DNA from: the human T2T-CHM13v2.0 reference genome, Homo sapiens
NCBI RefSeq assembly: GCF_009914755.1
Contig: NC_060939.1
Strand: one strand, 5' to 3'
Length of the DNA: 64,000 nt
Shown here: one piece after another, positions 1 through 14,335 of the stretch
How positions within the stretch are numbered: the first letter of the stretch is position 1
How the letters are laid out: each line of letters starts with the position of its first letter
Notes under the pieces: model-generated
What the model saw: the letters and a program-made list of their open reading frames with translations, nothing else
The model's database searches: none
Told to the model about the DNA's origin: nothing
Position numbers and translations under genes: made by a program

Positions 1-108
1 ATACTGTATTTTTTATTTTTAGTATCTTTATTGTTATTTTTCCAACTATTTTCAATCTCCTATTGTTTTAATTCATACATGCGGAACCATGGATATGGTA
101 GGCCCTCT
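1..108. mobile_element. MER2-like (TcMar-Tigger) terminal fragment
   Basis: 'catgcggaaccatggatatggtaggccc' resembles the MER2 terminus; truncated by the window start. Confidence 0.55.
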
Positions 109-109
109 A

Positions 110-470
110 TACTGATAGATGCTATAACATGAATGAACCTTGAAAACATTATGCTAAATAAATGAAGCCAGTCACAGAAGAACACATATTTTATGATTCC
201 ATTTACATGAAATGTCTAGAAGAGGCAAGCCCACAGAGCCAGAAAGTAGATTAACCATTGCTTACTTAGGAGCTGGGAGAGTGGAGAAAAATGGGGCAAG
301 AGCAGTTGACTGCTAAAGGATATGGGCTTTCTTGTTGGAATGATGAAATATTCTAAAACTGATGGTGTTATAGATGCGTAACTTTGTGAATATACTAAAA
401 ACTATGGAATTGAACATTATAAATGGGTGAATTGTGAGGTGTATGAATACTATATCAGCAAGGATTTTAC
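110..470 (+). mobile_element. Old L1 (L1MB/ME-type) 3' UTR fragment
   Basis: 'atgaaccttgaaaacattatgcta...gccagtcacag...atgattccattt' is a typical L1M 3' UTR motif series. Confidence 0.75.
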
Positions 471-511
471 CAAAAAAGGGACCAGTAACAGTTGATAAAT
501 AGTAATGTGTG

Positions 512-790
512 GGCCAGGCACGGTGGCTCAAGCCTGTAATCCCAGCACTTCGGGAGGCTAAAGGGGGCGAATCACTTAGGCCAGGAGTTTGAGAGCAGCC
601 TGGCCAGCATGGTGAAACCCCGTCCCTACCAAAAATACAAAAATTAGCCGGGTCTGGTGGCAGGTGCCTGTAATCCCAGCTACTCGGGAGGCTCAGGCAC
701 AAGAATCGCTGGAACCCAGAAGGTGGAGATTGTGATAAGCCGAGAATGTACCACTACACTCCAGCCCAGGTGACAGAGAGAGACTCTGTC

Positions 791-821
<31 letters not shown>

Positions 822-855
822 GGAAAGAAGGAAGGAAGGAAGGAAGGAAGGAAGG
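512..855 (+). mobile_element. AluS with A-tail decayed into (GAAAA)n/(GGAA)n
   Basis: GGCCAGGCACGGTGGCTC start, two arms, A5TACA linker, poly(A) from 791. Confidence 0.95.
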
Positions 856-1340
856 TTAGTTATGTGATTTTTTAACCCTTAAAGTATTTTAGATAACTTA
901 CACTTGAACTACTATGTTGAACTTCAGGTTAAGAAGTAAGAGAAGGAGGATGAATGGTCTCTAACAGTATGAATATAATTCCTTTCTGTTTCTTCTATTT
1001 ATTTTCTAGTCGTTTCTCAATGCACTTATTAAAATATAAAACTAACTTTAACACTGGTTATATAATAATTGATCTGACATATATTTCCTTCTACCTAGCA
1101 TGTGTCATGCCTTGTTTTTGGTACTGGACATGCAGAAGTCAGAACAAACTCCCTGATGTCAGCTTATATTCTAGTGAGGAGACTAGAGTGGAGTTGGCAG
1201 AAAGGAAGTCCACTTTGAGGAAGTGATATTTGCACAGAGACCCGGATAATATGAAAGCTCTGGAGGAAGAGAGTATCAGGTAGAAGAGAATGCCGAAGAA
1301 TAAAGGCCCCAAATTGGGAGGAAGCTTAGTAAATATTAGA

Positions 1341-1520
1341 GCAGTGGTTTTCCAACTTGAGCTAACACCAGCATCAACTGGAGGGCTTGTTAAAACAGAC
1401 TGCTGGCTCCACACACAGAGCAACTGAATCAGTAGGTCTGGGATGGTGCCCAAAAATATGCATTTCTAGCAAGGTAATGCTGATCCTGATGGTCTGGGGA
1501 ACCATGCTTTGAGGAGTACT
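1341..1520. mobile_element. MER5A-like hAT-Charlie MITE
   Basis: 'cagtggttttccaactt...ggagggcttgttaaaacagact...tgcatttctagcaag...ctttgaggagtactg' matches MER5 architecture. Confidence 0.75.
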
Positions 1521-1576
1521 GTCTTAGAGGAACAAGAGAAAAACTAGGTAAATTTGAGTAACAGAGAATGGTAGGC

Positions 1577-1730
1577 AGTAGTGTGCTGAAGGCAGCTTAT
1601 ACTAGCTCACGAGAGCTGAAACTGTACATCTCTTTCCAACCTTGCAATCAGTGATGTTACCTTGGTAGCTGATATCAGGCATGGTAGGAATACTCATACT
1701 TTGGAAATTGACAAATGCTACAAATCAAGG
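1577..1730 (+). mobile_element. MER63-like hAT-Blackjack fragment
   Basis: 'cagtagtgtgctg...ctcacgagagc...catctctttccaac...aaatgctacaaatca' matches the MER63 5' end. Confidence 0.65.
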
Positions 1731-1929
1731 ATCCTGCTGCTGGTGGTAGGGATGAGGTCAAAGAAGTAGGGAGATGCCAGAATTGGAAGTCTTATATTCT
1801 ATAATGAGGAATGTGGATTTAAGTATAAGGATAATGGGAAGCCTTGAAGAGTTGTGAGCAAAGGAGAAACATTATCTGACTCCTGTTTTAAAAGGAATAT
1901 CCTGGCTGCTAACCGGAATATAGATTATA

Positions 1930-2370
1930 GGGGACATGATTGTACCCACCAAGTTCAATCTCTCCTTCTTGGGTGCAATTAGCTGCTCAGCTAAAGCTAC
2001 ATTTCTCAGCCTTCCTTGCAGTTGCATGTGGGTATGTGCCTAAGTATAAGCCCTACAGGAATGGAATGTGAGTAAAATGATTTGTGAAATTTCTGAGTCA
2101 CTGGATAAAGAATAAATTCCTTGCCCTGAATGTCTTTTCCCTTCCTGAAAGCCACAACTCAGACACAGCAGAGACCTTGTGTTGATATGCAAATGATGAC
2201 AGTACCCAAGGAGATAAGAAGCAAGGACTCAGAAGGAGCCCTGGTCTTGGGGTTTTGAAGAGCAAAGCTCCCATCAACCTATCAACCTGTGAGAGATAAA
2301 GCAATGTATTTAAGCAATAAGCCATTGTATCATTGGGTCTCTGTTACCATAGCTTAATCTTACCCTAACA
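1930..2370 (+). mobile_element. MLT1 (ERVL-MaLR) LTR, old subfamily
   Basis: 'ctacatttctcagccttccttgcagtt' motif and 3' end 'taagccattg...gggtctctgttacc'. Confidence 0.55.
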
Positions 2371-2464
2371 GCAGGAGAGGTTAGTAAAGGCAGGGACATG
2401 ACTTAGGAGACCATTGTAATAAATCCATCAACAGATGATGGTGGCTTGAATTAGGTTCCATGCC

Positions 2465-2967
2465 AGCTGGGCCTATTTGCTCTCAGACCCATTCTTCTCC
2501 CTTCCTTTGCTCTGCTTAGCTAGCTGGTCCCTGCATTCTGCATTTTCCAGGTCCATTTCATCCGGCTTCTGGCTGGCTTTAGGCACTGTTTGGAGATGGA
2601 AGAGCCCAAATAAGAAGCAAGTTCATTTCTTTCTTTCCTTCTCTCTTTCTTCTCCTTCTCCTCCTCCTCCTTCTCCTTCTCCTTCTTCTTCTCCTTCTCC
2701 TTCTTTTTCTTCTTTGTCTTCTTCTTCGTCTTCTTCTTCCTCCTCTCTCTCTCTCTCTCTCTCATGTGTGTGTCCCAATCAAGCAGCACTGCTGGCAGGG
2801 ACCCAATGACTCTTGCTTCTGCTATTCCCACTGTGGTTAATCTCTAGGTAACCTTGCCATCCCCTCTAGCTTCTCGCTTCTTGTATCATCGTGTAACTAA
2901 TTCCGTGCATTAAATCTCCTCTGTTTTAAATAGTGTCTGTATTCTTGGTTTAGCCTGGACTGGTACA
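2465..2967 (+). mobile_element. LTR33/LTR16-like ERVL LTR with internal pyrimidine repeat
   Basis: 'cagacccattcttctccc...ggcttctggctgg' and 3' 'attaaatctcctctgtt...ctggactggtaca'. Confidence 0.5.
2625..2772. repeat. (TTC/CTC)n plus (CT)n low-complexity tract
   Basis: Directly visible; it generates the poly-S and poly-K/E ORFs at 2477 and 2520. Confidence 0.95.
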
Positions 2968-4659
2968 GAGGAGGTAATGGATTAGTGAGAAATATTGGAA
3001 TAAGGACATATTTTGAAGGTGGAAAAGACAGAATTGATGAGGCATTGGATATGTGGTATGAGGAAAGTGCTTAAAGCTCAAAACAGCCCATTTCCTTGCA
3101 ACTTCCCCAATAAAGTGCTTCTCGGTCTTACCAGTCTCAGATTGCACCATCATTTACCTAGTAGCTCAAAACAAAAATCTGCAGCTTATACTTTATTCAT
3201 TGTATTCTTCATCAAATCCATTTATAAAGCTTGATCCCAACTTTTGGGATATGTGGGAACTTGTCTGGAATTATAAGAATCCAGGTACACCTCATCATAA
3301 CTTATCAAAAAGCTCAGACTGGAAACAGAGCCAAATTCAGACACTACTGATAGTTTCAAAAACTCCAGTGAACTTCACAAAGACTGTACTTTGAGAAAGA
3401 AACCAGATTCTGTATGTAGGCTAGACAGGCTGGCCACTGGACCATTGCCAAGACAACTTCAGGGGGTGTGGGGAAGTACAACAATCCAGGTTTTACTACA
3501 TCAATTGGGAAACCAGAGCATTTTTAGGTAAGCTGAAACATGGGAGCTCAAACATGCTTGAAGGATCCTAAGAAAGTGGAAAGGGATTACCAGTTACAAG
3601 GCCTGAGGCTCAGAAAACATCTGTTTTCTTTTATTTGAGACTACTGAAGACAAAGATAATCTCTGGGAAAAGAAAGGCTTCCCAGTTTATTAGCTGTGTG
3701 ACCTAGAACAATGTTGTTATCCTTCCAGGCTTTAGTTTGCTACTCTATTAGAAACAGGCAAAGCATTACCTACCTTGCAGGATTGTTGTATTAAATCATG
3801 TGATAGGCCTTCGAACATGGTGCATAGCATGCATTCATATTAATTTTTCTGTTCTTCCCTTCCTCTTCTCCCATGTGGATAACATTGTAGAATAGATTAA
3901 CTATAACTTGCTGTGACTTAGTTTACTCTCAGTTAATAACTATTGATCTGCTACACATGTGGTCCCCAGAGCAAATGTAGGCTGTGGTTTGATTCACAAT
4001 TAAGATAAAATGTTTTCACTGCAGAAATTCATTGCCGGCTTATTTAAGTTTGTGGAGAAAATGTTTGTGGGTAATAGAGTAGGGTGCAAAAGTTTTGGTA
4101 AGAAAGGCAAAACATTGTCATTATTTGTGTTACATGCAAGATTAGCAGTTGCAAATGTAAGGACCATGGCCTCATAAAGGGCTCCTCTTCAATGAACACT
4201 ATTGTTTGATTCTCTTCACTTCCTTGTTTGTATTAAAAAGTGGCAATGACCTATTGCATACCGTAGGCAGTTTGTATTTAGTTGCTTCGTAATAAGTTTT
4301 CTTAATACATTTTGTAAACTTGATTTTAAAATATTCCTTATTTTAAAAATCATAACTCCCAATTTATGAAGCCATTCTAGACAAAGTCTAATTGAAAAAT
4401 ATAACTCAGGATTATGAGGACAGAGTCAGTTTTGTTTTATTTATTCTATTTTTTGACATTTAAAAAATGTATCATAATAAACAGGCATTAATTTTTCTTC
4501 TGAAAAGAAATTAAGTTCCAAAATACCATAGTGCCTGTATTGATTACTTTAAATTCTCTCTGCTCAACAGTTGGCCTGCTCTTTCTCTGCTCTCAACAGT
4601 TGATAGCCAAATTGGAATAAAAAATTAAAATTACTGTACTAACTTCCCCACATAAGTGG

Positions 4660-5034
4660 GTATAATTGTTAATTTTATATGTCAACTTGGCTATCCATGC
4701 TATCCACATATTTGGATATTCACATATTTGGACATCTAGACTGGGGGGTCAAACACCAGTCTAGTTGCCACTTTGAATGTATTTTTAAGATGGCATTTAA
4801 ATCAGTAGATTTTGAGTAAAGCACGTTACCTTTCATAATGTGGGTTGGCCTCATCCAGTCAGTTGAAGGCCTTAAGAGAAAAAGTGGATCCCAAGGAAGA
4901 GGGAATTCTGCCTTCAGTCTGCCTTTGGACTCAAGCTGCAACACCAACCCTTCCCTAGGTCTCCAGCCTGCCAGCCTGCCCTGCAGATTTCAGACTTGCC
5001 GGCCCCAACAACCACATCTGCCAGTTCCTTAAAA

Positions 5035-5075
<41 letters not shown>

Positions 5076-5357
5076 ATCTATATTGATATTGGTCTTAATA
5101 GGTGTTTGTGACCGGAGCCTGTTGTAGGGTGGGGTGAGGGGGGAGGGATAGCATTAGGAGATATACCTAATGTAAATGACGAGTTAATGGGTGCAGCACA
5201 CCAACATGGCACATGTATACATATGTAACAAACCTGCACGTTGTGCACATGTACCCTAGAACTTAAAGTATAATAATAAAAAAAAATAGGTGTGTGTGGG
5301 GGTGTGGGGCTGTGTATATCTGTATCGATATTGAGACCAATATCAATATAAATATGC

Positions 5358-5392
<35 letters not shown>

Positions 5393-5440
5393 CATCCTAC
5401 TATTGATTTTGTTTCTCCAGAGAACCTGACTAGTAATACA
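4660..5440 (+). mobile_element. MLT2 (ERVL) LTR interrupted by a short L1PA and microsatellites
   Basis: 'ttaattttatatgtcaacttgg' start; 'cctcatccagtcagttgaaggcc'; end 'ccagagaacctgactagtaataca'. Confidence 0.85.
5111..5287 (+). mobile_element. Young 5'-truncated L1PA 3' end (~175 bp)
   Basis: 'gggatagcattaggagatatacctaatgtaaatgacgagttaatgggtgcagcacacc...acttaaagtataataataaaa'; TSD aataggtgt(t/g)tgtg on both sides. Confidence 0.93.
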
Positions 5441-5629
5441 GTGAGGAAACACTTAACTGGGCATTAAAGTAGCCAAAATACTTTGCTAGATAAAACATTT
5501 TTAGAGCTTGTAAGAATTCCTGTTGTATTGTTAAGTTTTCATTGATACTCCATATCAAAATGCCATCAGATTTTTTTCCCTATGACTGTTAGAAATGTGA
5601 CTGATATAAGAATCTCACTTTCCTTTTTT

Positions 5630-6105
5630 CATTTTTTTAACGGATTAAGCTAGACATAATTCACATAACCATATAGGTCACCCATTTAAAGTATATAATT
5701 CCATGATTTTTAGTGTATTCACAGAGCTGTACGGCCATCACCACAATCAATTTTAGAACATTTTTATCACTCCAACAAGAAATCTCATATCCTTTAGCAG
5801 TCACTCCCATCCTGCTGCCCTCTGCCCAGCCCTAGGTAACCACTAAGCTATTTTCTGTCTCCCTAGATTTGCCTATTCTGACATTTTATATAAACTGAAG
5901 CATACAGTTCAGTAAGCAGTCTTTTATGACTGGCTTCTTTCACTTTACATAATGTTTTCAAGGTTCATCCATGTCATAGCATGTATTGGTATTACATTTC
6001 TCTTTCTTGCTAAATAATATTCCATTTATGGAGATACATATTTTATTTATCCACTCCAGTTGATGGATACTTGGATTGTTTATACCTTTTTGGCTATTAT
6101 CATTT
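5630..6105 (-). mobile_element. L1MB-type 3' UTR
   Basis: 'cacccatttaaagtata...ccctaggtaaccactaa...aatgttttcaaggttcatccatg'. Confidence 0.85.
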
Positions 6106-7449
6106 TCCTTTTTCTTGATCTTAGTACTAAAATGTAAAATGACTAAAAGGGAAGAAAAAAAAAAGTACTAGATCCTGGAAAAATTCTCAATTAAGTGAAT
6201 GATCACTGAATAAATAAGTTATAAGAACACAATATTTATTATAGGCGCAATTTTTATTAACTAATCATTTCCAAAACCATAACTATTAATAAAATGGCTT
6301 GCAAAATATGTTCTTATTGCAAGTATTTGTGCCTAAGTGCTTCTGTTTATGAGACAAGAAATTCAAATAGCTGTCTTGGCAGTATCACTCCAGTTGTATA
6401 AGCCAAAGGATTAAGAGTACTTTTAAGAAGGAGTAACAATGTGTTCTGCTTGGCTTTGGAAATGATGGTAAATTTATACATAATGTATGGATGATTATAT
6501 TATACCCATATGAGGCTGTCAATCAAAACAGGATTTCTGTCAGATGATAGTTTCCAATTCACAAAGCTTATTTTTTTACATTAGAATCTTTGCTGGATTC
6601 AGATCATATTGAACATCCACATTTCTCTGTCACTTTATTTTTAAAAATCCATTTCTAAAAATGAAATGACTGGATAATTATGACTTTGAGCAACAACTAT
6701 CCATGCCAGCCTGGTACAGGAAAGCTTAATTCTAATCCTAACATCACTCTTCATATAAAATAAGAGCTGTTGATATTGCAAAATCCCAGGGTGGAGCTTC
6801 TTTTAATTTCCCTTAAACTAGCTGGTCTGGCCAGTATTCCTTCACAGGATATAAACAGAACAGTAGCTAAGCTTCCATAGAGCAGAGGTATGCTCTAGGA
6901 AGAACAATAAGGTCAACTGGACTTAGTGTGGAATGAAAGGCTTAAAAATTCCATAAAATAAGGAACGAATGTAGGCATTACTTATAGGCATTTTAAAAGT
7001 TTTTGCCTTCTCACCAGAAGTACTTACCTACCAAATTTTACATTTAGTTTCCCTACAGGTATGGTTATATAATTTTACTAATATAACTATTAGTAAAATA
7101 ATGTGAGTAGCAACTTGACTTGCAAGCTACATCAGATTGTTAAGAGAGTAATGTTTATCTTGGATGTTTCTTAATTTCCATTTCCTCTGTTTCCTTTCTC
7201 AATGTTCCTTCCTCTAGAAACAGTTTTTTTAAAGTAATTTCCACAAAGATGTCAATGAAAACTTGCTTATTTTCAAAGAAATATAGGCATTTTAAAAGAG
7301 GCCCTAATAACACAAAACAGTAAATTATTACTGATGAGATTTCACATATTGTACATAGATCAGAGGTACATTTCAGGGCCTTCCTGAATGTGGGTCAGCA
7401 GGGTCTTCACAGTGGAGCAAGCCCCTGCTATACACTCATAGATGTTCAA

Positions 7450-7788
7450 GTTTTTGTTGTTGTTATTGTTGTTGTTTTGGTTTTGGTTTTTGGTGGTTTT
7501 TTTTGGTTTTTTTTTTTTTTAATACCGAGTCTCACTCTGTCGCCCAGGCTACAATGCAGTGGCATGATCTTGGCTCACTATGACCTCTGCCTCCCAAGTT
7601 TAAGCAATTCCCTGAGTAGCTGGGATTACAGGCTTGCACCAACGCACCCAGCTAATTTTTGTATTTTTGGTAGAGACAGGGTTTCTCTATATTGGCCAAG
7701 CCGGTCTCGAACTCCTGACCTCAGGTGATCCGCCCACCTCGGCCTCCCAAAGTGCTGGGATTACAGGCGTGAGCTACAGTGCCCAGCT
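7450..7788 (-). mobile_element. AluS with small right-arm deletion and (GTT)n-like tail
   Basis: Reverse Alu; 'aagcaattc|cctgagtagc' lacks the tcctgcctcagcc segment. Confidence 0.93.
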
Positions 7789-7842
7789 AAAGTCAAGTTT
7801 TTCGTATGCAAATATGTTTAGTTGGAAGAAAGTGGAGGGTCA

Positions 7843-7976
7843 TTTTTTTTTTTTTTTGAGAGATGGGGTTCTTGCTATGTTGCTCAGGCTAGTCTCAAAC
7901 TCCTGGACTCAAGCTATCCTCCTACCTCAGCCTCTGGATTCGCTGGGACTACAGGTATGCACCACCATGCCCAGCT
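7843..7976 (-). mobile_element. FLAM-type Alu monomer
   Basis: Poly-T plus a single ~120-bp arm. Confidence 0.85.
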
Positions 7977-8983
7977 GCAAGGGCTATGCTTAGATCACAA
8001 TCACAGTATTGGCTAGTAACAGCTGTTTTCCTTCAAATCTGAAACTTGTAGGAAAGATGGAGTGATAGAAAATATATCGATGGTTATGACAATAGACTCA
8101 GAGAACATAAAGGTGTCGCATGCGACATACACAACTAGGAATAAGCCAGTGCCGGCCTCCTTTTGCGAGGCTGCTGCTTCTTGGTCTGCCCTCTCATCAT
8201 CATGCTTGTGATTGCAATTGTCAGCTGGGTCTTCTTGGTTCAAATATAAATAATCTTACCTGAAATTTCTCTAACTTGAAGGTTTATAAAAACGATAATA
8301 CATTTATTTGAGAATCACTTATCCTAAGCTATGGAAGAAGAATTAAATACAGATTTCCAGTTTGAATATAATGAAGTAAAAATTGGCATTTCCCCCTTTT
8401 GCTCTAGGAAATCACCCAAAAGAAGAATGAGAAACAGAAACACAAGCTAGGATGCATATGAAACTTTAAGCCACAAATAGGTAGAAGGGCTGCCAAAAGC
8501 AATGAAGAACAAACAGGATGTGGGAGGAAGCAGAAGGAGATGCCTGTAAATGCAAATCCCTGAGACAACTGGCACTACCCCAAGATGTGGAGTACTCCCA
8601 AGATGCAGAGCTCTAATCCTCATGTGTCCTAACAGGGGAGGTGGGGTGGTGACAGAAGCATCCATGACCATTTGATTCTGAGAAGTAGAGGTGGTAGGAC
8701 TGAACAGACTCATGTGATAAAGCCATATTTTAAGAAACAATCTGTTGATGAGGCAGAGGATTGAAAAAAAGAGCCTGGTGTGAGTCGTAGAGCTGCCTAT
8801 CTTTGTCAGTTGGGGAGAGGTAATAGTTAAATGGACTCTCACACTTTGCTGGGGTCCCTAAGGAGAGCTGCTAGCCTTGGACACGGCTCCAGCATCTCCA
8901 TCATATGAACCATTTACAAGTAGCTAGTCAAGAAAAGCCCTTTCATCCAAAATGAGAAATCAAGAATAAACCATCCAGAATGA

Positions 8984-9145
8984 ATGCACATATATATTCA
9001 TTACATATATGCGTGTATATATACACACATTATATATATTTATTATATATGTGTATATATACATTATATATATTCATTTTATATGTGTGTATATGTATAC
9101 ATTATATATATGTATGATGAGAACACACCACGCACACACACACAC
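8984..9145. repeat. (TA)n/(CA)n compound microsatellite
   Basis: Directly visible. Confidence 0.95.
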
Positions 9146-9287
9146 GGAGAAAAGGAACAGAAAAAAATAAATATAGGTGAACTCTGATCACAGAAGTATT
9201 TCCATGGAGCAGATGAAAGTTTCGAGCAAATATTTTGCCATGGATTTAACAGTTAATGAAGAAATCTATGTATAAAATAAGAGCCCA

Positions 9288-10025
<738 letters not shown>

Positions 10026-10062
10026 GACAAGAACATACAGCAGATATACAAGACTCAGGAAG

Positions 10063-10224
10063 TAGCCGGGTGTGGTGGCACATGCCTGTGGTCCTAGCTA
10101 CTCTGGAGGCTGAGGCAGGAGGATCGCTTCAGCCTAGAAGTTTGAGACTACAGCGAGCTATGATTGTGCCACTGCACTGCAGCCTGGGTGACAGAACAAG
10201 ACTCTGTCTCTCAAAAAAAAAAAG
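10063..10224 (+). mobile_element. FRAM/AluJ right monomer
   Basis: Single right arm; TSD aagactcaggaa. Confidence 0.88.
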
Positions 10225-11056
10225 ACTCAGGAAAATGGAGAGACCAGGAAAGTGGCTTAAAAATAGAAATGGAGTCAAAATCAGAAGTAGCACAGTGGAG
10301 ACTAGATACTGATGAGAATACAGAAAGAAACATAGAAGTTAGCAATAAGAAAAGCAAGCAAAATTAACGAAAGTAAATAGAATTTAAAACAATTAGAGAT
10401 AGATAAAATGTAAATAAGTAGGGAAGACAGGCAAAGGAAATCCAATATACAGTTATTCAAAATCTCTATGTAATGAATTAGAAAAAGTATTTGAAATACT
10501 GTGGAAGAAAATGTTCATTTTGAAAGGGCATCTCAGGTCTCAGGAAAAATTGATGCATAATGGCCAACACTGAGACATATCCTAATACAACTGCTGAACT
10601 TTGAAGATAAAAAAATGAATCCTTTGAACAATCAGACAAAAACAATGAGTCATCTATGCAGGGTAAAAACAAAACAAGCTGACATAAGATGTCTCTACAG
10701 TAATATTCAATTCTAGAAGACAATAGGGAAATGCCCCAAAATCTTCATGAAAAAAAGTATGATCGCAAAATTTTATATCATCCAAATTATTATTCAAATG
10801 ATAAAGGCAAAGAAATTTTTAATATCCATGAACTCTGTGGAAACAGTTGGAAAACATTTGCAATTCATATCACAAAGTCCCAACTTTTTTATCTATAAGA
10901 ATTAAAAAAAAATAAAACTAGAGACAAACCAATAACCCAGAAGATAAATGAGCAAAGAATGTGAATGGTTTACATGAAAGGAAATAAAAAGGACTCTCAA
11001 ATATATATGAAAAGATGCTCAATTGCATTCATAGTGAGAAATGCAAATTAAAATTA

Positions 11057-11377
<321 letters not shown>

Positions 11378-11432
11378 TTACAATTAACCCATCAAATTGG
11401 AAAACATAACAAAGCTTGGCAACACTGCATAA

Positions 11433-11755
<323 letters not shown>

Positions 11756-12499
11756 AAAAGAGGCATTTTCATATATTGCTGTTAGAAACATAAATTGTAC
11801 AACCTCTATGTAGGATTATTTGGCAACATTTGTCAAAATTACAAACACATATACTCTTTGAATCAGTAATTCTACCTCTAGGAATTTATCCTGCAGATTA
11901 GTTACATATGTGCAAAATGACATACGTTCTAGAAAAGTCTTTGAAGCATTCTTTGTAATAGCAAAAGATTGCAAATAAATATCCATCAAGATGAAGTTGA
12001 TCAAATAAATTATAATGCATCCATTCTATGGAATATCATGCTGCTGAAAAAAGAAGGGTAAATGTTTTACTGATATGTAGTAAGTTCCAAGTATAGTTTA
12101 GTGAAAAAAAAAAGCAAGCTTCAAAGTATATAGAATGCTATCATTTGCATGAAAGGCAAAACTGTATGTTTATATTTGCTCATATTGCATTGAAGGATAT
12201 ATAAGATTTTGGTAATATTAGTTGCCTGTGAGGAGGGAAAGTAGGTCGCTGTATTGGAATTGAAGAGAATGTGTTGCTGTATACTCTTGAGCAGTCAGAA
12301 TTTTGAAATGTTAATTCATTACCTATTCATAAGTAAATAAATAAGCAAGCAATGTGTGATTCTGTTGTTTACATGTAATATATTTTCTGCAGAATCTGTG
12401 AATTCCCTTAGCCGGGAGTGGCTAAAGGAAATGCCCTTACCCTAGGCTGCCTCCTCTTTTTTCAACCTATTTCTGGGCTATCTCCCACTCTCTTTGGAG

Positions 12500-12538
12500 T
12501 CCTACCCTATTCATAGTTCCTACCCTATTCATAGTTCC
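12500..12538. repeat. 18-bp tandem duplication
   Basis: tcctaccctattcatagt x2. Confidence 0.9.
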
Positions 12539-13164
12539 CTGATCGCCTGAGTCAGAATGCTGCTTCTTAGCAGCAACGCTTTTAAGACAAATTTCAAATA
12601 ATTCTCATGGTTATTCACATGCAAACACCCATAAATTTATGAACAGAAATCTTCATAACCCTCTGACTATATTTGTTTTTTAACTGCATTCATCTTAAGG
12701 AGGGTTCCTTTTAGTTGTTTTAGAGTCTGCCAAATTAGGAAAGCTTCCCTTCTCTGGGATAACTCATAGTTTACTTCTTTGGTAACAATTAGACAGAAAT
12801 TCAGAATTCTAAAAAATAGAAAACAACTCCAGTACAGCCACCTAATTCCCCTCCTTACCAGCAACTAATATTACCTACCAGTCAAAGGTGATTAATATGC
12901 TCTTTTATTGTCTATCAAATCCATTGTCCAAACAATAATTATATTTAGCCATGATCTTTTCAGCTGTTTGCTTGAAAGTGGAAAACTTCAATTATCCAAG
13001 CAATCCTGGGCTCTAAGTTTATGTAGCTTGTTCATAACTGGAGGTGAACAGTAGATGGAATATAAGAAACCTTCAGGTAATCCCTGCAGGGTATTTCTAG
13101 AATATTCCTCTAGCAAAGCTGGGGATATCCTGACCCCCTACAAAGTATATATGTTTGACTTTTT

Positions 13165-13232
13165 TACATATATATATATATATACACACACACACATATA
13201 CATGTATGTATATACACACACGTATATATATG
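13165..13232. repeat. (TA)n(CA)n microsatellite
   Basis: Directly visible. Confidence 0.9.
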
Positions 13233-14030
13233 TAATCTTTCCTGAGGTAGAGATTGTAGCTTCCTAATGAAATTTACTTATAATCTCCTGATGCCCTATT
13301 AAGCCTCCACCAATAGCAAAGTCCCGTTAGACCAGTCTATGCTAAAGCCTATTTGATATTAAAACACAAGGAAAGGTCTTCGCCTAAGTAGATTAAGGAG
13401 ACATAAATCAAGCAAGTCAGATTTCTAAACAAGGGAACTTTAAACATGGAATTTGCAAATGCTATTCATTCGTGCCCCATGCAAACATGCAAATATTGGT
13501 TAGTGAACTTCGGCCTACCAGGCTTTGAAACAATGGTTATAACATTAGTATTCCTCTTTCCATGATTGCTGCCAGAGGAATTTCAGACCCCGTTTGGGGA
13601 TTTTCACAGTTATTCCCTCTTAATACCCTCCAATATCCTTTCTCTCAAATGCCACTTGGAACTTTCTAAGTGGAATGGTTTCTTTGCCTCTGTGTGGCAA
13701 GTTTCTGCTCTGTGCATTTCATATCTCTTCTCTGGCACTTTTCCCTTTCATCTTACCTTCTGGCTAAAAGAGTAACTTCTAGCTCAAATTTAATTAATAA
13801 ATTTAAAATTTTAATTTGAGGAAGGCTATGTTTTATAGTGTAACCTTATTAAACACCATCTATTTCACTGGGCTGTAGCCATCTCAGTTTTTCTGATTAA
13901 ATTGCTTAAGGTCTGCTTATGTTCTCTGCAATGTGGTCTGTTCTTTGAGTCATATTGTTGTCCACCTTGATTTAGTGCCATTGTCCCTTCATGTCCATGT
14001 ATTCATTTTGTTTACCAAAAAAAATGTTAC

Positions 14031-14335
<305 letters not shown>

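Noticed and set aside
8114-8127. 14-bp perfect palindrome as significant on its own
   Set aside because: About 64000/4^7, roughly 4, such palindromes are expected by chance in a window this size.
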